Of a stretch of 32,000 bases of DNA, positions 20,221 to 28,894 are shown one piece after another. The number at the start of each line of letters is the position of its first letter. Positions within the stretch are counted from its first letter, which is position 1. The position numbers and the translations under genes were made by a program. Origin of the DNA: Geminocystis sp. NIES-3709 (GTDB taxonomy: Bacteria; Cyanobacteriota; Cyanobacteriia; Cyanobacteriales; Cyanobacteriaceae); the NCBI RefSeq assembly GCF_001548115.1, contig NZ_AP014821.1, positions 1,707,262 through 1,739,261 on the forward strand, written 5' to 3'. The notes beneath the pieces were generated by a model. It made no database searches. It was not told where the DNA came from and saw nothing but the letters and a program-made list of their open reading frames with translations.

Positions 20221-20814
20221 CTAATGGTTCAAATTTCCTAAATATTTGCATAGATAAGGAGAAAAAACTTCATAGATAAGAGTTAAAGGCTTTCCTGAAT
20301 GCCAAAATAGATAATGTCTTCCCCAAAAAGGCCCTTTTTCTCCAAAACCTTCTTCTAAACTTTTAGATTCTCCATAATAAATTCCTTGAATATCTCGATA
20401 TAGTTCTGTATGTAGTCGAGATAAACTTTCCCAAATGGGCAAACTACGATTTTGTAAATATTCGTCAACATGACTAGCTTCCCACCAAGAAGTAGCATAG
20501 GCTAACTTTTGTCCACTAGCCGTTTTTAACCATACTTGTCTTCTGAGTCTGGGGTTAGGTACTTTTTCTATATCTTTAGGTGCATTATCTAAATTATTAC
20601 CTATCAAAGACATATCAATTACATCTACTTCAATCGTCTCACTGGTAAGTAATCTTAAATGTCTTGTCGGTGAACCATCTCCTAATAGAAGTATTTGCCA
20701 TGCAGGAGTTAATTGACTATGAGGTAAGCCGATTTTGACTAATTCTTCCCCTCCTTGCCAAATAGGGTTTAGTTTTTGCCATGAATTAATCGTAATTTGC
20801 GATCGTGTTATCAT
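20221..20814 (-). CDS. Chorismate pyruvate-lyase-like protein (DUF98/UbiC-like, cyanobacterial type)
   Basis: The LLLGDGSPTRHLRLLT motif matches what I recall from cyanobacterial chorismate lyase of plastoquinone biosynthesis. Confidence 0.7.
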   Translation of the reverse strand: MITRSQITINSWQKLNPIWQGGEELVKIGLPHSQLTPAWQILLLGDGSPTRHLRLLTSETIEVDVIDMSLIGNNLDNAPKDIEKVPNPRLRRQVWLKTASGQKLAYATSWWEASHVDEYLQNRSLPIWESLSRLHTELYRDIQGIYYGESKSLEEGFGEKGPFWGRHYLFWHSGKPLTLIYEVFSPYLCKYLGNLNH

Positions 20815-21131
20815 TTTTCTTTATACTTTACAAAACTTAATATTTATCATAACAATGTGAAAGTTATTTTGTTATTTGTATTATGATAAATGACTTTTAA
20901 TTATGTAGCTCGATCGAATTGCTTTTATAGATTTTCATTAACAAAACGAGGTAAATCAGATAAATTATTGATAAAACCAGCATTTAAAGGTTATTGATTT
21001 TCAAATTTTATTGTCAGAATCTAAAAATATGTGTAAACTTTCGATCGCCAATTATTTACTGTATTCTAGTTTCTCTGAGCTAAAAAAGAGTTAAAATGTT
21101 TTAGTACAATAGAAATATTACCTCAATAGTA

Positions 21132-22307
21132 GTGAAAATAGTTTGTTCTCAAGTAGATCTTAAAAATAATTTATCATTAGTTAGTCGTGCCGTTCCCTCT
21201 CGTCCTACCCATCCCATTTTAGGTAATATCTTGTTAGTAGCGGATGAAGACAAAAACAGAATTACTCTCACTGGGTTTGATTTAAGTTTAGGAATGCGTA
21301 CCAGTTTTGCCTCGGAAGTAGAAGAAGGGGGTATGATTACTTTACCTTCTAAGTTATTAAATGATATTATTGCTCGTTTACCAGAAGGGGAGATTACTTT
21401 ATCTTATGATGAGGATGAATTAGATGAAAATCCTCTAGTTGCGATCGACTCTTTATCTGGTAAATTTCAATTAAGAGGAGTAAAGGGAGACGAGTTTCCT
21501 GAGTTGCCGATAGTCGAGAAAGAGGAAGCCTTTTTCTTACCCATTACTGCGTTGATTGAGGGGTTAAAAGGTTCTTTATTTTCTGCTAGTAGTGACGAAA
21601 CCAAGCAAATATTAACAGGGGTTCATCTTACCAGAGAGTTAGACAGTTTGGAATTTGCGGCCACGGATGGCCACCGTTTAGCTGTTGTTAAAACCACTGC
21701 TGAAAAACAAGAAGATGAAACCGAGGAAACTGATTCACCTTTAACGGAAGAACAGAATTTTAATATTACTATACCTGCTAGAGCATTAAGGGAGTTAGAG
21801 AAGATTATTTCTGGTGAGAAAGACAATGAATCTGTTGCTTTGTATGTAGATCAAGGACAAGTTGTTTTTGAGTTGGGGGATCAACATCTTACTAGCAGAA
21901 AGTTGGAGGGTGCTTACCCTAATTATGGTCAATTAATTCCTAAAAGTTTTGAAAGAACAATGATTGTCGATCGAAAACAAGTAATTGATAGTTTAGAGAG
22001 GGTTTCGGTTTTTGCAGATCAAAAAAATAATATGGTTAAGTTTAATTTAGATCATAATAGTAATGAACTAACTTTATCGGTGGAGGCTAAAGAGTTAGGC
22101 AATGCAAAAGCATCTTTGTCGGCAGAAATAACGGGAGAAGGCTTTGATATTGGTTTTAATATTCGCTATTTAATGGATGGGTTAAAAGCATTATCAGCTA
22201 ACGATATTAAGTTTCAGTTGAATGGGGCAACTCAACCAGTGATTATCACTCCTCTTAGTGGTTTACAAATGACTTATTTAATTATGCCTGTTCAAATACG
22301 GGAATAA
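21132..22307 (+). CDS. dnaN: DNA polymerase III beta subunit (sliding clamp)
   Basis: The GTG start gives MKIVCSQ..L...L..V..AVPSRPTHPIL. The three-domain length is right and the C-terminal PVIITP...YLIMPV motif is present. Confidence 0.95.
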   Translation: MKIVCSQVDLKNNLSLVSRAVPSRPTHPILGNILLVADEDKNRITLTGFDLSLGMRTSFASEVEEGGMITLPSKLLNDIIARLPEGEITLSYDEDELDENPLVAIDSLSGKFQLRGVKGDEFPELPIVEKEEAFFLPITALIEGLKGSLFSASSDETKQILTGVHLTRELDSLEFAATDGHRLAVVKTTAEKQEDETEETDSPLTEEQNFNITIPARALRELEKIISGEKDNESVALYVDQGQVVFELGDQHLTSRKLEGAYPNYGQLIPKSFERTMIVDRKQVIDSLERVSVFADQKNNMVKFNLDHNSNELTLSVEAKELGNAKASLSAEITGEGFDIGFNIRYLMDGLKALSANDIKFQLNGATQPVIITPLSGLQMTYLIMPVQIRE

Positions 22308-22646
22308 TAGACCTCTTGCAAAACTAAAATAAACAATATATTTTTGACAATTCGGAGTATGTAAGGAGTGAATGCCTCCGAAAAAACCAATTCACTCACT
22401 AATAGTATAATAAATATTTATATATTACTGATAAAAGTGCCTATTAACTAAAACTCAATTAATTTATTACAAATTTTCTTCATAAACCATAATTTTTCTT
22501 TTTTACTTAGGCTTCTTTTTGCTTTATTTCATAATTATAAATCCCAGCAATTAAGTTAAATCTTAATCCAAATCTTTTTCTTCTATTTCGATACCTTTGT
22601 GATAATATTTTAAATATTTTTAGCTTTCGATTAACATGTTCTATTA

Positions 22647-23939
22647 CTGATAATTCCAAGAACCTTGAAAAGCTATACAATTGCTGAAATCCCCAAAAAA
22701 TCCTGCTGAAAATGCTCTTTGATTACATCTGTTAGTCGAGTTGATGATTGAATTTTTCTCATTATTTGCGTTAATGATAAACGACGAAAATTTGCCATAA
22801 ACTGTATTGATAATAACATTAAATACATTATTATCTTAATTAATAATCCTGTATAAATTCCTTGTTTCCTTAATTTCATCTCGGCAATTTTTAGCACCGA
22901 TTTTAAAATTTTCCAAAACTGTTCAATAATATTGTGTGCAGTCCATGTCCGCCATATTTCCGCTCCTCTCAATGATATACTACTTAAATCTATCAACAAA
23001 TAACAATTACTATTACTTTTTTGAAAAAACAATAAATTGAGAGTTCCAAAAGTTGGATTTGATAATTTTTGTCTCACACAAGGTACATCAATTCCCCATT
23101 GATTTTCTTGATAATCTACTCTTTTTTGACCTTCACTTCCTTTGCCTTTAAAGTTCTCTCCTTCAAATACATAACTGCCTTTTCCAGCCATAATAATTTT
23201 GGTGAATCCTAGTTCAGATAATTGCTCTTTTAATTCTTTTGATGCATACCAAGAATCCAGAGTAATTGGATATTTAGTAATATCTATATTTTCTTTGAGA
23301 CATTCTTCTTTAATTTGTCTTAACATCCCAACTAATATACTCGGTTTATTTGTATTTTTTCTTCCTTGTTTAGAACAAAATATTAATCCAATTGGTATTG
23401 CTTTTCCCTTAATTGTTAATATTATTCCTAATATATTTTGTCCATTTACCACTTTTTTCCAACGTCCACTATACCAATTCCATGTACAACGTAATCTCTT
23501 TCCTACTCTGTCAATAACACTATCATCTACCGCAAGTGTTATATTTGCTCTTGATTGAGTAACAATACTTTTTTGTTCGATGATTTGCAACTGTTCCACT
23601 GCAACATTAATCATCATTAATTTTAAAACTTTTCGGAGTTTATATAATGTCCAAGAAGAAATTTCTGTATAGATTTTTTGGTGACTAACACCAAGCAAAT
23701 CTGCTAATTGTTTGGGATTAAAACAGCCATAAGCATGACTAATTGCTAAAATCATAATTGCTTCAAATGCTTCAATTTTATGAGAGCGAAATAATTTACT
23801 AAATTTGACAAAGAAAAGCTGAATTATGTTAGCCAGATGAAATCTCATGGTTAATTAAAAATATTTAGAGCATTTTCATTTAAGCATATGTCTTGATTCT
23901 TAACACTTTCAGCTTTTCAGTCATTTCCAGAATTGTCAG
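22647..23939 (-). mobile_element. Intact 1293-bp IS (IS4/IS701-like superfamily)
   Basis: Imperfect ~28-bp terminal inverted repeats are ctgataattcc...tgaaaagct and ctgacaattct...tgaaaagct. A 5-bp direct repeat TATTA sits at 22642-46 and 23940-44. There is one transposase ORF. Confidence 0.75.
22673..23848 (-). CDS. DDE transposase (IS4/IS701-like)
   Basis: The 391-aa ORF has candidate catalytic residues in LAVDDSV, TLDSWYAS and HNIIEQFWKILK, an IS4-type YREK-like block. Confidence 0.85.
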   Translation of the reverse strand: MRFHLANIIQLFFVKFSKLFRSHKIEAFEAIMILAISHAYGCFNPKQLADLLGVSHQKIYTEISSWTLYKLRKVLKLMMINVAVEQLQIIEQKSIVTQSRANITLAVDDSVIDRVGKRLRCTWNWYSGRWKKVVNGQNILGIILTIKGKAIPIGLIFCSKQGRKNTNKPSILVGMLRQIKEECLKENIDITKYPITLDSWYASKELKEQLSELGFTKIIMAGKGSYVFEGENFKGKGSEGQKRVDYQENQWGIDVPCVRQKLSNPTFGTLNLLFFQKSNSNCYLLIDLSSISLRGAEIWRTWTAHNIIEQFWKILKSVLKIAEMKLRKQGIYTGLLIKIIMYLMLLSIQFMANFRRLSLTQIMRKIQSSTRLTDVIKEHFQQDFLGISAIV

Positions 23940-24305
23940 TATTACTATTCTTTCTCTATTTATCCTTTTTTGTTCTTTACTCCCTAAAATATTGTAATGT
24001 AACCATAACCTGTTCTTCTACCGTTAGTTTTAGTTTTCTTCCCAGTTTTTTATTTTTGACTATTTTTACAAGTAATTGATAAGTTTTTTTGGTGACACCA
24101 AATCTTCTTTTAAAGTTTTTGGGTAACAATTTTTCCACTCTTTTTATTTTCATAAGCTAATCTTATGTTTTCTTTGGGTACGACGGCTTATAATAACAAA
24201 TTATGACCCTCTATTTTTATTTCAACTTAATTTTGCAAGAAATCTAGTAACTGATAAAAGTTATGAATAATTTATTTTCTCTTGGTTATATAAAATTTTC
24301 CTGAG

Positions 24306-25046
24306 CTAGAAGGGTAAAATAGTGCCATCCCAAGAGAAAAATTTACCAGTATCTTTAATAGTTAAATTATTGATTACAGATAATAGTTGTTGAGTACAAA
24401 GATTAAGAGAAAAAAGTTTTTCTGTAGGAACATTTTTTTGAAAAGGTGCAGATAATTGAGTATCTGTAGTTCCGGGATGTAATGCGACAACGATCGTATT
24501 TTTACTGACTCTACTATATTCGATCGAAATGTTTTTAAGCAACATATTTAAAGAGGCTTTGGAGAGACGATAACCATACCATCCTCCTAAATAATTGTCT
24601 TCAATACTGCCAACTTTAGCGGAAATAACGGCAAAAACACTGATTTGTGAATGTTTAAACAAGGGTAATAAATGTTTTGCCCAAATACCTGTGGGAATAG
24701 TATTTACTTGAAAATATCGTAATAAGTTATCACTACTAAGATGTTTAAGGCTTTTTTCTGGTTGTAATTCTTTTTCATGAAGAATCCCGACACAATTAAT
24801 TACTAAATGTAACTCTTGTACTCTCGATCGAATTTCTCTAATGGCTTCTTCGATTTGACTTTCAACGGTGACATCTACCTTAAGGGGAATTATTTTATTC
24901 GAGGATAAATTTTCTAATGAAGATTGAAAATAGCGATAAGTAGCAAAAATATATTTAACATCAGGTTGTTTAATTAACTGACGTACAAAACCATTTCCAA
25001 TACCTCCAGTTGCACCAATAATCAAAACATTTTTGTTTTTAATCAT
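24306..25046 (-). CDS. SDR family NAD(P)-dependent oxidoreductase (C-factor/sniffer-like subgroup)
   Basis: It has the GATGGIGNG Rossmann motif and the catalytic YRLSK (YxxxK) motif. It is on the same strand as the upstream kinase, 103 nt downstream of it. Confidence 0.85.
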   Translation of the reverse strand: MIKNKNVLIIGATGGIGNGFVRQLIKQPDVKYIFATYRYFQSSLENLSSNKIIPLKVDVTVESQIEEAIREIRSRVQELHLVINCVGILHEKELQPEKSLKHLSSDNLLRYFQVNTIPTGIWAKHLLPLFKHSQISVFAVISAKVGSIEDNYLGGWYGYRLSKASLNMLLKNISIEYSRVSKNTIVVALHPGTTDTQLSAPFQKNVPTEKLFSLNLCTQQLLSVINNLTIKDTGKFFSWDGTILPF

Positions 25047-25149
25047 CTTAATTTGTATTTTGAGTATTATAAACTGACATTCTGCATATTTTTATCACTT
25101 ATAAAAAACTATAATTATGTTATCTAATTTTGGGATGACACTTTCTGAT

Positions 25150-26892
25150 TTATGCAACAAAGCTTTTTGGAATTGTAAAAAAGAATTTTGATCCTTTTCC
25201 TAGATCTGATTCTACCCAGATTTTACCACCGTGACGAGTAACAATTTTTTGACATAAAGCTAAACCAATACCAGTGCCTTTGTATTTATCTTGGGTGTGT
25301 AGTCTCTGAAAGACGACAAAAATTCTCTCTTGAAACTCTGGTGAAATACCAATGCCATTATCTTCGACACAGAATAACCATTGATCAATTAAAGATTGTA
25401 CCGTTAAATTGATTGTTAGTGGTCGATCGCTATGAAACTTCAGAGAATTACTGATTAAGTTCTGCCATAGTTGAGTCAGTTGAAATTTATCTCCCATTAT
25501 TATAGGTAATTGTTTATAGGTAATCTCTGCATTTGTTTCTTTAATAGATATTTGTAAAATTTCTAAAATATCTTGAATAATTTCATTACAGTTTACTAGA
25601 GAAAATTCCTGTCCTCTAGTTTGAATTCTTGATAAAGATAAGAGATCTTTTATTAACTGTTTCATTCGATTAGAAGCAGACATTATCAAATCTAAATATA
25701 GTTGTCCTTCTTCATCTATTTGATGATAATATTCTTCTTTTAAAAGTTCAGAAAAACTGCTAATAGTTCTTAATGGTTCTTGTAAATCATGGGAAGCGAC
25801 GTAAGCAAATTGTTCTAATTCTTCATTCGATCGTTGTAATTCTTTATTCCAAGTTTTTAGCTCTTTTTGCATTCCATAAGTTTCGATCGCTTTGACAAAT
25901 GTTTCATTAATTAATCTTGTAAAAATCAAATCAACTCTATCCCATTTTTTAGGCTTTTTAATAGAAATAAACATTAAAAATCCTATAAAGGAATCCCCAT
26001 AAATCAAAGGATATGCTAAAAGAGATTTAATATTATTTTGTAGAATATAAGATTCTTTTAAGAAATTATATTTTTTATCATTTTCCAAGTTATTGATATA
26101 AACTACATTAAAATCTTTTAAAATATCTATTAAAAACAATAATTCATTGTTACAATTAATTTTTTTTGTATTTTCACCATAAAAATACTGATCTTGACCA
26201 AGTTTAGTAGTAGATAATCCTTTAAGAAATAAATAACTTTGATCAATGGCTAATACTTCAGTTATTTTTTTTAAAGAAATATTAAATTTATCTTCGATCT
26301 CATTAGTAGAAACTTTAATAAACAAACTAGAAATATAAGTAATTAATTGCTCTAATTTTATTTTATATTTAAGTCGTTCATTAATTTTTTTTATTTGTAA
26401 AGTTCTTTTTTCTACTATTTCCTCTAATTCTTGATTTAAAGTTTTTAACTGTAATTCTATTACCTGCTTTTCTTGAATACGAGTTTCTAAATCTTGATTA
26501 AGAATACTTAATTTTTCTGGTGTTGGTAACGCTAAAGCCATAGGAATAATGGGAAATAACTCAAAAGCCGTCAAAACTGACACTAACGCTGTCAATCCTT
26601 TAATTAATCCAGATAACCAGTAAAGGGGATACCAAATCGTTATTATTCCCATAACATGAGTTAAACCACAAAATAGAATAAAACAGCTAAATAGTAAAAA
26701 TATATAAGTGAAGGGAATATCATTTCTTTGACGCACAAAATAAATTAACATAAAAGGTATCGAAAAATAGGCTATCCCTATAAACATATCTGAAAGTAAA
26801 TGTAGCCAGACGAGAGAAGACTGCCATAAATAACAATGTCCATGAGGGATATAATAGTTAGAGGAAAAAATACTAATAGTGGAGAATAACAT
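25150..26892 (-). CDS. Sensor histidine kinase with an ETR1-like ethylene-binding-type membrane domain, coiled coil, GAF, HisKA and HATPase domains
   Basis: Residues 33-53, LSDMFIGIAYFSIPFMLIYFV, match ETR1 ISDFFIAIAYFSIPLELIYFV as I recall it. FCGLTH (C75, H79) aligns with ETR1 C65 and H69. The H-box is ASHDLQEPLR (H368), the N-box is NLISNSLKF, and the G-boxes are DNGIGI and GTGIGL. Confidence 0.88.
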   Translation of the reverse strand: MLFSTISIFSSNYYIPHGHCYLWQSSLVWLHLLSDMFIGIAYFSIPFMLIYFVRQRNDIPFTYIFLLFSCFILFCGLTHVMGIITIWYPLYWLSGLIKGLTALVSVLTAFELFPIIPMALALPTPEKLSILNQDLETRIQEKQVIELQLKTLNQELEEIVEKRTLQIKKINERLKYKIKLEQLITYISSLFIKVSTNEIEDKFNISLKKITEVLAIDQSYLFLKGLSTTKLGQDQYFYGENTKKINCNNELLFLIDILKDFNVVYINNLENDKKYNFLKESYILQNNIKSLLAYPLIYGDSFIGFLMFISIKKPKKWDRVDLIFTRLINETFVKAIETYGMQKELKTWNKELQRSNEELEQFAYVASHDLQEPLRTISSFSELLKEEYYHQIDEEGQLYLDLIMSASNRMKQLIKDLLSLSRIQTRGQEFSLVNCNEIIQDILEILQISIKETNAEITYKQLPIIMGDKFQLTQLWQNLISNSLKFHSDRPLTINLTVQSLIDQWLFCVEDNGIGISPEFQERIFVVFQRLHTQDKYKGTGIGLALCQKIVTRHGGKIWVESDLGKGSKFFFTIPKSFVA

Positions 26893-26961
26893 TTATTTCT
26901 CAAATTTGGTTTTTACTATAAATGTAATAATTTTAAAGCATTTAAGAAGCAAGATAAAATT

Positions 26962-28881
26962 ATGAAAATTCTTTTAGTGGAAGATGATCAACGTTTAGGA
27001 AAACTAATACATGACTATTTAGTTAATGAATCAGCCGTAGTTGAAATAGTTAATACTGGATTTAATATAGCAGAAAAACTGAGTAAACAATGTTATGACA
27101 TTTTAATATTAGATGTCATGTTACCCAAAAAAAATGGTATTGATATTTGTCGAGAATTACGATCGAATAATGTAGATATTGCCATCTTATTTATTACTGC
27201 TTTAAATAATAAAATAGATAAAATTAAAGCCTTTGAATCTGGTGCAGATGATTACCTAATTAAACCCTTCGATTTTGAGGAATTATTAGCTAGAGTAAAA
27301 GCTTTACTAAGACGTGAAAAAAAGACTGAACTTTGTAATCTAACATGGAATAATTTAGTTATGTATCCTGAAGAAAAAAAAGTGATATATAATCATAATT
27401 ATTTACATTTAACTCCCACAGAATTTAAAATTTTACAAATTTTTTTAGAAACTCCTAATAAAGTATTTAATACACAATCAATTATCGATCGACTTTGGGA
27501 AATTGATACCACACCAACGGATAGTACTTTAAGAACTCATATTAAATCTTTAAGAAAAAAATTAGAAGAAGTAGGATTAGATAAAAACTTTATAGAAACT
27601 CTATATGGTATGGGTTATCGTTTAAAACAAGAGAGAGAAAAAAGATCAGAAAAACAACATCAATCTTTTAATAATAATAAAAAAAATATAGATAAAATTT
27701 CTGATTTATTAGAAAAAAATATTAGAGAAAATAAAGAAAATCAATTTCAAAATTTAATCAAACAAATGTGGTTAGATAATCAAGAAACCGTTAGTAAAGA
27801 TTGTCAGGAATTATCTAATTATATACAGGGTAATAATAATATAGATATTAATAAAGCTATAAATATAGCCCATAATTTTGTTGGTTTTTTAGGAAGTCTT
27901 GGTTTCGACACGGCTAGTAAAATTTCTAAAAATATAGAAAATTTATTAAAAGAAAATCAGAATAATTTATCTGATAAGAAAGTAAAATTCAAGATACTTA
28001 CATTACTTGATACCTTAGAAAAAAATTTATTTCCCAATGGAAAGCAATGTATTCCTAAAAAGGAAAAAAAAGAAAAAATATTGCCTAAAAATAAAATAGA
28101 AATACTCGTTATTGATGAAGATATAAAAATAGCTAATAATCTAATCCTTTTTATGGATAATCCTCAAGTGGTTTTTCACTTTGTTCACTCGATCGTATTT
28201 GGGATAAAATATCTCAAAGAAAGACAATATGACGTGGTAATTTTAGAAACTCACTGGGAAAAATCTTCATCTGATCAATTAACTGATATATTAAACTTTT
28301 TAAAAGAAAAAAAAGAAGAAACTAAGACAATAATTTATAGTAAAAATGATACTTTAGAGAACAGATTATATTGTTCAAAATATCCTATAAGTGCTTTTTT
28401 AAATAAAACTAATACTCTTGATGTTTTATGGGAAAATATTTTTAATATTTTGTCTAATAATCACAGCACCTCTAATATTACGCCTCTTTATGACATTTTA
28501 GTTATTGATGATGATATTAGATTTACAGAGGTTTTAAAACAGAAATTAATTAGTAATAGATTGCCCATTAATATCAATATTATTTCTGATAGTGAAATTT
28601 TTTTAGAAGAGATAAAAAGAATTAAACCTCAATTAATTATTTTGGATTTACAAATGCCAAAATTAGATGGATTAGACATTTGTAAAATTATCAAAAAGGA
28701 TCCTTTTTTACAAAATATACCAATTATTTTTTTAACAGGAAATCTCGAACCTGATATTATGAATCAATTTGTTGAAGCTGGAGCAGATGATTTTATCAGT
28801 AAGTCTAAAATTGATTTAGAGTTATACCCTAGAATTATGACCCATCTTAAGAGATTTAATTTATCACATTTAGTTACTTAA
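26962..28881 (+). CDS. Multi-domain response regulator: REC, OmpR-type winged helix, HPt-like, REC (Glu at acceptor position), REC
   Basis: REC1 has EDD, D51, T79 and K101. The wHTH covers aa 125-222 and ends in GMGYRLK. The HPt-like motif is AHNFVGFLGSLG (H304). REC2 has VIDED, then VVILE (E429), S460 and K482. REC3 has DDD, ILD(562)LQMP, T592 and K614. Confidence 0.85.
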   Translation: MKILLVEDDQRLGKLIHDYLVNESAVVEIVNTGFNIAEKLSKQCYDILILDVMLPKKNGIDICRELRSNNVDIAILFITALNNKIDKIKAFESGADDYLIKPFDFEELLARVKALLRREKKTELCNLTWNNLVMYPEEKKVIYNHNYLHLTPTEFKILQIFLETPNKVFNTQSIIDRLWEIDTTPTDSTLRTHIKSLRKKLEEVGLDKNFIETLYGMGYRLKQEREKRSEKQHQSFNNNKKNIDKISDLLEKNIRENKENQFQNLIKQMWLDNQETVSKDCQELSNYIQGNNNIDINKAINIAHNFVGFLGSLGFDTASKISKNIENLLKENQNNLSDKKVKFKILTLLDTLEKNLFPNGKQCIPKKEKKEKILPKNKIEILVIDEDIKIANNLILFMDNPQVVFHFVHSIVFGIKYLKERQYDVVILETHWEKSSSDQLTDILNFLKEKKEETKTIIYSKNDTLENRLYCSKYPISAFLNKTNTLDVLWENIFNILSNNHSTSNITPLYDILVIDDDIRFTEVLKQKLISNRLPININIISDSEIFLEEIKRIKPQLIILDLQMPKLDGLDICKIIKKDPFLQNIPIIFLTGNLEPDIMNQFVEAGADDFISKSKIDLELYPRIMTHLKRFNLSHLVT

Positions 28882-28894
28882 TTTTTTAGATTAT

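Larger units (their letters stand above)
22508..24153 (-). pseudogene. IS5-family transposase remnant, internally deleted and split by the nested IS
   Basis: The N-terminal fragment (24153 to 23977) reads MKIKRVEKLLPKNFKRRFGV...TLQYFRE*. The C-terminal fragment reads ...KEQKRINRERIVIEHVNRKLKIFKILSQRYRNRRKRFGLRFNLIAGIYNYEIKQKEA*, with its stop at 22508-10. That frame is continuous only after removing the inner IS plus one TATTA copy. The DDE core is absent. Confidence 0.65.
22310..24244 (-). mobile_element. Internally deleted IS5-family element (about 637 bp of its own sequence) carrying a nested IS
   Basis: Terminal inverted repeats are gacctcttgcaaaactaa (22310-) and the reverse complement of 24244-, gatttcttgcaaaattaa, matching at 15 of 18 positions. 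A TA dinucleotide flanks both ends (22308-09 and 24245-46). Transposase N- and C-terminal remnants lie inside. Confidence 0.55.

Noticed and set aside
20815-21131. A possible oriC in the 317-bp spacer upstream of dnaN.
   Set aside because: I looked for clustered DnaA boxes (TTATCCACA, TTTTCCACA or their complements). I found only weak single near-matches, such as tgtgaaagt and tgtgtaaac. There is no cluster, so the call is not supportable from sequence alone.
22352-22381. The hairpin tcggag...ctccga as a dnaN terminator.
   Set aside because: On the plus strand it is followed by an A-run, not a T-run. It also lies inside the inferred IS5-like element, so it is not native dnaN sequence.
25888-26280. 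The GAF domain of the kinase as a bilin-binding cyanobacteriochrome or phytochrome GAF.
   Set aside because: I see no conserved Cys-His chromophore-attachment motif and no DXCF motif. The only Cys, in INCNNE, is in a different context. I therefore treat it as a non-photosensory GAF, pending an alignment.
26932-26951. The tandem TTTAAAGCA/TTTAAGAAGCA as an OmpR-type autoregulatory direct repeat in the divergent spacer.
   Set aside because: The match is very short and AT-rich. It lies only 10-30 nt from the regulator ATG, so it is probably in the leader. It cannot be distinguished from chance.
27127-28320. Several A8 homopolymer tracts inside the response-regulator gene as phase-variation sites.
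   Set aside because: Lys-rich coding sequence in a very AT-rich region produces such tracts routinely. The frame is intact and nothing indicates slippage.
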